This document shows positions 39,173 through 46,567 of a stretch of DNA of 49,462 bases, in pieces. Both the position numbers and the translations under genes were made by a program. The notes below the pieces were generated by a model that was not told the DNA's origin, did not search any database, and saw only the letters and a list, made by a program, of their open reading frames with translations. Where the stretch lies: contig CAKJXZ020000022.1 in assembly GCA_918234285.1 (NCBI GenBank), forward strand, positions 1-49,462, written 5' to 3'. The DNA is from Pseudomonadota bacterium. Its GTDB lineage: Bacteria; Pseudomonadota; Alphaproteobacteria; RF32; CAG-239. The first letter of the stretch is position 1; each line of letters starts with the position of its first letter.

Positions 39173-40587
39173 AAAAACAGCGCCTCCAACATCGTCCTGA
39201 AGCCGAAAATCAAATAACGCGGCTGCAACGCAATTACAATCATCAGTGCCGTACTGAGAAAAATTGCCGTGTATATTCCGGCATCTGCTCGGTCAAACGT
39301 GGTGCGTTTATCTTCAAAATACATGGTGCGCACAATTTGCAAATAAGCGTAGCCGAGTACCGTCATCATCGACAACAGATAAATCAACTGATAGAAATGA
39401 TGATGCAGTGCCAAATAATTCAATGAGGAGAACACCCCCAAAAATCCCAGAAACGGCGGCAATCCCAGAAGTGAAAACATAAATATCAGCAACACCGCCG
39501 AAATATACGGCCGTTTTTGCGCCGCACCTTCAAATTCGCTGAGCATAAACAGATATTCGCCTTTTTTCTTTAAACCAAACAGGCAAATACAAATACCGTA
39601 CATTGTCAGCAGATATACAAACAAATAAACAAATCCGGAATTAACCGCGTTTAAAGTAAATTTACGTAAAGTGAGCAACACTATTCCCAAATGGCACACC
39701 GCACCATAGGCAAAAATTTTGCGAATATTCTGCCCGCTGCAGGCACCGATTGCCCCGATACCCACCGAGAGCAACGCCACCGCCATATAAAACAGCCTGA
39801 GCTGCCCCAGAACAGGTTCCAAAACGTTAACGTTAAGCTGAATAAAACCGCCCCAAACCGCACTCAGCGGCACACACAAAAAATAAGCAAATACCGGCAA
39901 AGTTGTTCCGCCGAGAATCTCCGTAGAGCAAAAATGCAGAGGGGCCAAACCGAGCAGTAATATAAACACCGCAACCGTCATACCTACCGCCGTAAACAAC
40001 AGCAGATCATTTTTACCGATTTCAAGTGTAGTACGCAGATTCGTATACATCAGCGAACCGCTTTTTTCATAAAAAATAACGGCGGCCACAGCTAATAAAA
40101 TCATCCCGATAATTGCCGTAAACAAATATAATTTGTTGCCGAAATCGACCTCTTTCTTGCCGATATTTTGCTTAAGCAGAACATAATTACTGATCAGCAA
40201 AGTAGCGCAACAGCCGGCAGTCAGGGCAAAATTGACGGAACTTATCAACAAACTGCCGCTTAAAACCGTTAAAAACAGACAGCCGCAGAAAATATGCGCT
40301 GGTAAATTCATCGAAACAAACCATTTACGCGTCGGATAAAACAATGCCATAGCCGCGCCGTAAAGCATACAATCAAACAATAACGTAAATTTATTGCCTA
40401 CCGTCAGCCCTACCACCGTTGTTTTGTTATAAAAGATAACTGCCAACACAAAGCTCAGCAGCAACATAATCCGGCTGAAACGAAAACAGCCGTAGGCATC
40501 ATCTTCATCGCGTTCGCCGAACATAAGCACCAAAAGTGCTATCAACAGAACCGTTACAGGCGAAAAATAAATCAAACTCTCTAACAT
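39169..40587 (-). CDS. nuoN: Highly divergent NuoN-like antiporter subunit
   Basis: Multi-TM; Q.NIRKIFAY, MFSLLGLPPFLGF, YLQIVRTMYF; position nuoM-nuoN-birA. Confidence 0.8.
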   Translation of the reverse strand: MLESLIYFSPVTVLLIALLVLMFGERDEDDAYGCFRFSRIMLLLSFVLAVIFYNKTTVVGLTVGNKFTLLFDCMLYGAAMALFYPTRKWFVSMNLPAHIFCGCLFLTVLSGSLLISSVNFALTAGCCATLLISNYVLLKQNIGKKEVDFGNKLYLFTAIIGMILLAVAAVIFYEKSGSLMYTNLRTTLEIGKNDLLLFTAVGMTVAVFILLLGLAPLHFCSTEILGGTTLPVFAYFLCVPLSAVWGGFIQLNVNVLEPVLGQLRLFYMAVALLSVGIGAIGACSGQNIRKIFAYGAVCHLGIVLLTLRKFTLNAVNSGFVYLFVYLLTMYGICICLFGLKKKGEYLFMLSEFEGAAQKRPYISAVLLIFMFSLLGLPPFLGFLGVFSSLNYLALHHHFYQLIYLLSMMTVLGYAYLQIVRTMYFEDKRTTFDRADAGIYTAIFLSTALMIVIALQPRYLIFGFRTMLEALFL

Positions 40588-40596
40588 TTCGCCTCC

Positions 40597-42006
40597 TTAA
40601 AACACAAACCACAACGGATTGAAAAACGATAAAAACAACAGGATAATCAACACAAAGAAAAATCCGGTCTTTCTATCCGAAATATCTTCTATATCATTTT
40701 CCGCAACATAGGTCTGCGACAAATTGCGCATCATAAACAACTCATAGACCAAAGATGTTGCAATCAGGGTTATTGCCATCATCACTCCGATACCGATGGC
40801 AAAATTTTCTCTGAACAGAGCCGAAATCAACACAAAGTTATTCCAAAACATCGAAGAAATCGGCAAACCGACTGCAACCAACACGAAAAACGTGAATAAA
40901 CGCGCCAATTTCGGCATATATGCCAATATTCCGCGTGAAGCATAATCTTCTTCCTCGGCCGCATTTTCGGCATCCATTTCCAAAACCGTCAGTGCCGAAT
41001 TCACAATCACAAAAATAAACAACGAATAAGCAATATTCTTTTCATATTCGGCCGGCAACAACACAATAACCAACAAAAACAGCAGATAATATACCGCCGA
41101 ATACGAAAACAGTTTCGGCAAAAATTCGCGAAACGAAACTCCGATAAAGGCCACAAACAACATAGTCATCACCCCGATTAAATCAATAATCGGCACAAAT
41201 GCGTCCATACTTTCCGGCACTGTTTGTTCCCAAAACCGCATAAATCCAAGCAAACCTGTCAGCGGCATTAAATTGGTAATAATATATACCACCGGATTTT
41301 TAGAGCTGGTGCAAACCAACGACAACCAATAGTGGCACGGCCAAATCGGAATACGCGATAAAAATGCCAAACTCATCGCCAACCACAAAACCAACGCGAT
41401 TCGATATGGCATTTTAGCCGCGGCAAGTTCGGCCATACCTATGTTTCCGAGATGATGACGATATATAACGATTGTGGCAATCAAAAACAGCAGCGTCCCC
41501 ACAAAGTTCAGCGCAAAATACAGGTAAAGCGTCGAACTTTTTTTAATGTTGCCGAACAATCCCACCAGCATAAATACCGGTACCACCATACCGGCAAAAA
41601 ACAGATAAAACGACAATACATCGCGCGCCAGAAACAACCCCGTAATATTCCAAACAAAGGCCAAAATCAACAACAGCATCGATTTACTTCGGCGTTGATG
41701 CGGCGGTAAACCAATCATCCCGATTAAAATGCTCAGATAAACACCGAACAGCAAAATCAGCGACAACACATCCGCCCCGAATCCGAGTTCGATATGCGAA
41801 GAATGTAGCCACGAATAGGTATATTCTGCCCCGACTTCAGCCGGTAAATGCATCACTCCGGAAAGCAACCGCAACACCACGGCAATACTGGAAGCCAAAG
41901 CAAAAAGCGCGGCATTAAACGCGTTGTTTTCGTTTTTTTGCGCCATCATAACGAACAACCCGCCCAACAGCGGCAAAACCAACAGCAATAATAGCAAATC
42001 AGCCAT
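40597..42006 (-). CDS. nuoM: Highly divergent NuoM-like antiporter subunit
   Basis: Multi-TM; G.D.LS, FYLFF, PIWP.H.WL, GFMRF, YS, MPKLA, VGLP....F; start MADLL after GGAGG. Confidence 0.8.
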   Translation of the reverse strand: MADLLLLLLVLPLLGGLFVMMAQKNENNAFNAALFALASSIAVVLRLLSGVMHLPAEVGAEYTYSWLHSSHIELGFGADVLSLILLFGVYLSILIGMIGLPPHQRRSKSMLLLILAFVWNITGLFLARDVLSFYLFFAGMVVPVFMLVGLFGNIKKSSTLYLYFALNFVGTLLFLIATIVIYRHHLGNIGMAELAAAKMPYRIALVLWLAMSLAFLSRIPIWPCHYWLSLVCTSSKNPVVYIITNLMPLTGLLGFMRFWEQTVPESMDAFVPIIDLIGVMTMLFVAFIGVSFREFLPKLFSYSAVYYLLFLLVIVLLPAEYEKNIAYSLFIFVIVNSALTVLEMDAENAAEEEDYASRGILAYMPKLARLFTFFVLVAVGLPISSMFWNNFVLISALFRENFAIGIGVMMAITLIATSLVYELFMMRNLSQTYVAENDIEDISDRKTGFFFVLIILLFLSFFNPLWFVF

Positions 42007-43678
42007 TGTAGCCTCCTCCCGCCAAGTAAGAGTACCACAACAAACCAATCATAACCAACACAATCGTCAAACCGCCGAGCAACGGCTTGGTATGAATTTT
42101 ACGAAACATCCGCAGACAAACGTGCGACCCACCGACCGCTGTTCCCAAAACAACTTTATCCAAAAACAGTCGGTCAATCAATAACCAAAAGACTCTCCCG
42201 CATAGGCGAACCGACTCGATAACAACCTGATAAACCCGATGCAATACATCGCCCTTTTGCAGAAAGCGCACTTTATAAAAGTAAGCGGTTTTCCATAAAA
42301 GCGGACATACAAGCAACAAAGCAAAAACCGCAGGAGCCGCCCATAATGCCGCATTTCTCCATTGTGCCCGATACAACAAACCGCAGCACAACACGGTCAA
42401 CTCCAAAAATATGCCCCACTTAAAAGTAATATCGTGCTGAACGCCGGAATAACGTTTACCCTTATAAAAAAATATTTGTCCGATAACCGCAGCCGTCGAA
42501 ACCGAAAACAGTCCGGCAAACAACCAAATACAGCGACAATTTTCCTGATTATACATCAGTGTCAACGTATTAGCCATAGCCGCTGCCATCAACAATAAAA
42601 TAAATGCCACCGAAGCCAATCGTTTTTTATGCGTCAAACGCAATCGCATCATTTGCGACACGTTGCGGCAACGATTATTATAAAAATACAGCAAATACAA
42701 CGCACTGATGAAAACGTACATTTCTATCAACAAATATGTAAAGTTCGGAATCCAGGCAAAGCCGTAAAAACGCAGCAATTCAACCATCAGCGCCCAAAAC
42801 GCGGTCTGCCAATAAATAACTTTGGCCTGAAAATTATTTACGATTATGCTGCCGATAAATGCCCAAACCAGCGTGACATAGCAGGCAATATCGGCATAAA
42901 TGTTGAAATAATCGGAAATTCGCCACAGCATATTGAATTTCAGAAGCAAAATCAGCGCCGCCATCGGCGAGGAAAGCAGCAACACGTTCTGCATCCGATG
43001 AAAACGGATATCCTTGAGCGCCATATTACCGATTTGAAACACGGCAAAACCGAGTTTGGTAAAAATTGCCGTCAGACCGGCCAATGCCGCAAAATCCGCA
43101 TGAAAACCGATTTGCCTATAGCGCAATATCTCCTTAATATCAAGCGAATCCACCCGCGAATTGATAAGAGCCAAAACCGAAAACAATACCATATCCGCAA
43201 CCATATTAAGCAACATATACGGTTGCGCCGCCCTGATATCTTTAATCATAAACAGCGCTAAAATATCCACAATAAACAGTGCAGAAATCAATTGCACAAA
43301 GTTGTTACTGGTAATCAGTATAATCAGCGCCGCCAAATTAAAAATCAGCAGTGACGAATATGCGCTTTTACGCTCCTCTGCCCGAAACAACACATTATGC
43401 AGACAACCCAGCAACGTAATCAAAAAACACGGCAGAACCAACGCATAATTATACGGATTTGAAATAATATCAAACTTCAAATCCCGTCCCGGTGAAGTAT
43501 TCCACATAAAAGAAAACGAATGTTCCACCGCGCTCAGCATGCCGTCGCAAAAATTGGCAAACACCAAAAAAAGAGATGCGAAAGTTACAAAAGCAAGAAC
43601 TTTATCAACTTTCACACCAATTTTTATACTACTGAAAATCCCGATACAAAATAAAAGGAGTACCGTATAAGCAATCAT
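41999..43678 (-). CDS. nuoL: Highly divergent NuoL-like antiporter subunit
   Basis: Multi-TM; TSNNFVQL, N.VAD, AK.IYW.T, C-terminal D..Y...W..IDR...D...RKIHT. Confidence 0.7.
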   Translation of the reverse strand: MIAYTVLLLFCIGIFSSIKIGVKVDKVLAFVTFASLFLVFANFCDGMLSAVEHSFSFMWNTSPGRDLKFDIISNPYNYALVLPCFLITLLGCLHNVLFRAEERKSAYSSLLIFNLAALIILITSNNFVQLISALFIVDILALFMIKDIRAAQPYMLLNMVADMVLFSVLALINSRVDSLDIKEILRYRQIGFHADFAALAGLTAIFTKLGFAVFQIGNMALKDIRFHRMQNVLLLSSPMAALILLLKFNMLWRISDYFNIYADIACYVTLVWAFIGSIIVNNFQAKVIYWQTAFWALMVELLRFYGFAWIPNFTYLLIEMYVFISALYLLYFYNNRCRNVSQMMRLRLTHKKRLASVAFILLLMAAAMANTLTLMYNQENCRCIWLFAGLFSVSTAAVIGQIFFYKGKRYSGVQHDITFKWGIFLELTVLCCGLLYRAQWRNAALWAAPAVFALLLVCPLLWKTAYFYKVRFLQKGDVLHRVYQVVIESVRLCGRVFWLLIDRLFLDKVVLGTAVGGSHVCLRMFRKIHTKPLLGGLTIVLVMIGLLWYSYLAGGGYNG

Positions 43679-43695
43679 AAATAATCTGTCTCCGC

Positions 43696-44016
43696 TTATG
43701 AAAGAATCAGATTATTAACATCTTTAACCAAACGCACAGGTACAATATACTCTCTTTCCACATCGTCATTTTCTATTTCCACAACCAAAATTTCGGAAAC
43801 AGACTTCAACGGATTGCGCGCACCGTCACTGATATGGCGAAAGGCCACGGAGCTCTCTTGAGAACGGTATAACAAAGCGGTATCACCGCCGTCATAAATA
43901 AAGCGCGGATTTTCCGGACCACCGACGCGGCTATCCATCATCAACATAATTTCGCCTTTTGCGTTTTGCAAAATACTGTAACGGCCTTTTTGGCCAACTT
44001 CATTACTCAGAGCCAT
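43696..44016 (-). CDS. Small hypothetical protein, paralog of 18699..18995
   Basis: GAGG RBS before MALSNEV; EIML...R...PENP...LYR...LVVEI. Confidence 0.8.
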   Translation of the reverse strand: MALSNEVGQKGRYSILQNAKGEIMLMMDSRVGGPENPRFIYDGGDTALLYRSQESSVAFRHISDGARNPLKSVSEILVVEIENDDVEREYIVPVRLVKDVNNLILS

Positions 44017-44127
44017 ATTTAACCTCATAAATTAAATAATAGAATCACATTTTGGATGCAATATAACACATAATTATTAATAAATAAACACAAATTTCAC
44101 TTTTTTAACTTTTTTTTATTTTTTCTA

Positions 44128-44156
44128 TTGACTCGATTAATTTTATCTTTTATAAG
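44128..44156 (+). promoter_or_regulatory. Sigma70-like promoter of tRNA-Lys
   Basis: TTGACT-N17-TATAAG. Confidence 0.65.
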
Positions 44157-44172
44157 CATACTCGATTCAAAT

Positions 44173-44248
44173 GAGTTCGTAGCTCAGTCGGTAGAGCATT
44201 TGACTTTTAATCAAAGGGTCGCGGGTTCGAATCCCACCGAGCTCACCA
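44173..44248 (+). tRNA. tRNA-Lys (TTT)
   Basis: GAGTTCGTAGCTCAG...TTTGA-CT-TTT-AA-TCAAA...GCGGGTTCGAATCCCAC-CGAGCTC-A-CCA. Confidence 0.96.
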
Positions 44249-44429
44249 ACAAAAGGAGGCCGCCTTGCGCGGTCTTTTTTTTGTTGGTTTGAGGTCGCGG
44301 ATGAGAACCCGCGAAATCGGGTTCGACGCCAAGCGAAAGGCAGACGATAGTATGCCGGTCGCCACAGGCGATGAGCGCAGAAAGTCGTGAGGAGCACCGC
44401 GACGAAGGACAATCCCACCGAGCTCACCA
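44230..44429 (+). repeat. tRNA-Lys-linked repeat element, period 181 bp
   Basis: 19-nt tRNA 3' end aatcccaccgagctcacca at 44230-44248 and 44411-44429, enclosing terminator, antisense T-arm and a core shared with the Val and Thr loci. Confidence 0.92.
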
Positions 44430-44433
44430 TTAT

Positions 44434-44476
44434 AAAATAAGGCTTTCAGCGATTTTGTTGAAAGCCTTATTTTTTT
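44434..44476 (+). terminator. Inverted repeat after the duplicated tRNA-Lys end
   Basis: aaaataaggctttcagc-gatttt-gttgaaagccttatttt. Confidence 0.7.
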
Positions 44477-44677
44477 ATCTGTATACCTATTATACACTAA
44501 ATTATGAAAGTGGCTAATTTATTATCTCCGGCTTATATTAAATCGTTTGCATCCGGGACGGTGCTACACTGGTGCTACATTTTAGACGGTTTATATAAAA
44601 TAACGCTTGATTTTGTCAAAAATATATGTTATGAACGCAAACGTTATCTTTTATTATTTACAAAACCATTTTTGCTT

Positions 44678-45148
44678 ATGAAGAAAAAAACAATTTCCGA
44701 GGTGAATCTCAACTCTCTGGTTGCCAATGCCAAGGCCGACAAAGTAATCAAATCTTTGCTCAAAGAGTATCCGAATTTTCCGGTAGATGAGGTTATTGTC
44801 GCAGAAGTACAACTCCGCAAGATCACTCTGAGCCAATCGCCCTTCGATGCTCCCGCAGGCAAGCCGTTTTATGCGTTTGCCAAGCGCGCCGGTCAAGAAT
44901 GGACTGCTCTGGTTGATTTGGCCAGTGGCAAGGCTGCGTTGATACCGACTGCCATCATCTCGTCCACCGTCCCCGTAACCGGAAGGTTTAAAATCGACGG
45001 TACGATATACGATGTCAGGGATACCATGAACGGCCAACCGCGTTATCGAGTTTGCGGCTCCGAACATAAGCCCCGTGCCAAGGCTGTTCTCAAGCGTCGT
45101 TTGATGGATATGGCACATGACTTGTTCCGAGTGCGCATCAACCTATGA
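44678..45148 (+). CDS. Hypothetical protein (orphan)
   Basis: Start at MKKKTIS after AT-rich leader; no recognisable motif. Confidence 0.65.
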   Translation: MKKKTISEVNLNSLVANAKADKVIKSLLKEYPNFPVDEVIVAEVQLRKITLSQSPFDAPAGKPFYAFAKRAGQEWTALVDLASGKAALIPTAIISSTVPVTGRFKIDGTIYDVRDTMNGQPRYRVCGSEHKPRAKAVLKRRLMDMAHDLFRVRINL

Positions 45149-45414
45149 TAGAGTTTCTATTTATCAGTTTGATCGGCATACCTATTTCGGATGCTCCCGC
45201 ACCGCCAAAATTGCCGCCATTACCCGAAAACATCATGGGATTGCCGGCCAGAAAGGCAGAATTGGAAGATGCCGATGACCAAAACATATCAAATATGTTG
45301 AAGTTCAAATTATCCAAGGGCTTTATTGAGAAAACGAGCCAATCGACTCCGCTTCCCAAAGCCGACAAAGCTAAGAAACAAGGTATTACCCGCCGCGGAA
45401 AGCGTAACAAATGA
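45145..45414 (+). CDS. Small hypothetical protein
   Basis: ATGA overlap with the upstream ORF; followed by a terminator. Confidence 0.5.
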   Translation: MIEFLFISLIGIPISDAPAPPKLPPLPENIMGLPARKAELEDADDQNISNMLKFKLSKGFIEKTSQSTPLPKADKAKKQGITRRGKRNK

Positions 45415-45415
45415 A

Positions 45416-45458
45416 CGTAAAGCGCACTCAACTTAACGAGTGCGCTTTACGTTTTTTG
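45416..45458 (+). terminator. Rho-independent terminator
   Basis: acgtaaagcgcactc-aacttaac-gagtgcgctttacgt followed by T run. Confidence 0.85.
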
Positions 45459-45552
45459 AATGAGTAAATATTGAACATGCGCAAAATTTTGTGGATTTTA
45501 AATATTTTTGAGTTAAACTGTCGGCAACGGATATTTTTAAACAGAGGTTAAG

Positions 45553-46557
45553 ATGAAAAAAATTGCCATTATCGGGGCGACCGCCGGCTATGGTCGCGAA
45601 CTCTTGAATATATTGGAAGAAAACGGCGTTTCCGCCGATAATATTTTTGCAGTGGATACCGATTGTCCGCTCGGCACACAAATATCCTACGGCGAAGATG
45701 TAGATATGGATGTATATAATCTGCGTGACTTTGATTTCGGTTCGGCGCAAATTGCCGTGTTCTGTGTGGCCGAAGATTTAACCAAACACTATGTTCCGCG
45801 GGCTTTAGCCAAAGATGCGTTTGTTATTGATTGCTCGGGAACTTACGGTACCGACAGCGATGTTCCGCTTATCATATCCGGCATTAACGATGATAAAATA
45901 AAAGAAGCCACAAGAGGCATTATTGCCCTACCTTCACCACAAGTCACGCAATTAATGCTGCCGTTACAGGCCGTTATTAAGCGCTATAAGGTGAAGCGTA
46001 TGGTTATCAACACATATATGGCAACCTCCGTATACGGTAAAGACGCTATGGACGAACTGTTTAATCAGACGCGCAAAATATTCATGAACGAGCCGATTGT
46101 TGATGACGAAACCGTATTCCATAAACAGGTGGCATTCAATGTTTTGCCGCAGGTCGGTGAATTTATCGGCGATGAAACCAAGCAAGAATGGGCGATGAAC
46201 GTTGAAATTAAAAAGATTCTCGGTACGGATATCAAGGTTCATGCCAACTGCGCGATTGTGCCCGTGTTTATCGGTATCGGCGCGTTTGTAAACGTAGAGT
46301 GCGGCACCGAAGTCGATGTTGACGACATTCGCAACCTTATGCGAGATACCAAAGGCGTGGTAGTGTTCGATAAACATGTTGATTGCGGCTATGTTTCGAT
46401 GAACGATGTTCAAAGCGAGAGCGATGTTTATGTCAGCCGCCTGCGTCAAGACGTTTCGGTTGAAAACGGTTTCAGTTTTTGGTCGGTAGCAGACGATTTG
46501 CGCGCCGGAACTGCACAAAATGCTTATGCGGTTCTGCAACTTATTTTGAAAAAATGA
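45553..46557 (+). CDS. Aspartate-semialdehyde dehydrogenase-like protein lacking catalytic residues (Usg-like)
   Basis: IIGATAGYG, VIDCS, DVPL, AFNVLPQ, E.KKIL, VPVF, V.VSRLRQD, ADDLRAG.A.NA; no NPNC or GH. Confidence 0.85.
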   Translation: MKKIAIIGATAGYGRELLNILEENGVSADNIFAVDTDCPLGTQISYGEDVDMDVYNLRDFDFGSAQIAVFCVAEDLTKHYVPRALAKDAFVIDCSGTYGTDSDVPLIISGINDDKIKEATRGIIALPSPQVTQLMLPLQAVIKRYKVKRMVINTYMATSVYGKDAMDELFNQTRKIFMNEPIVDDETVFHKQVAFNVLPQVGEFIGDETKQEWAMNVEIKKILGTDIKVHANCAIVPVFIGIGAFVNVECGTEVDVDDIRNLMRDTKGVVVFDKHVDCGYVSMNDVQSESDVYVSRLRQDVSVENGFSFWSVADDLRAGTAQNAYAVLQLILKK

Positions 46558-46567
46558 GGATATATAA

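Noticed and set aside
39169-43678. Calling nuoLMN pseudogenes or an Mrp antiporter operon
   Set aside because: Frames are intact with RBSs, order with birA-rnj matches the nuo locus, and no MrpB/C/E/F/G genes are present.
44230-44429. Intact prophage or genomic island between the duplicated tRNA ends
   Set aside because: The enclosed DNA is under 200 bp and no integrase is present; treated as a non-autonomous element.
44167-44497. Minus-strand ORFs over tRNA-Lys and its tail
   Set aside because: Antisense to the tRNA and repeat; spurious.
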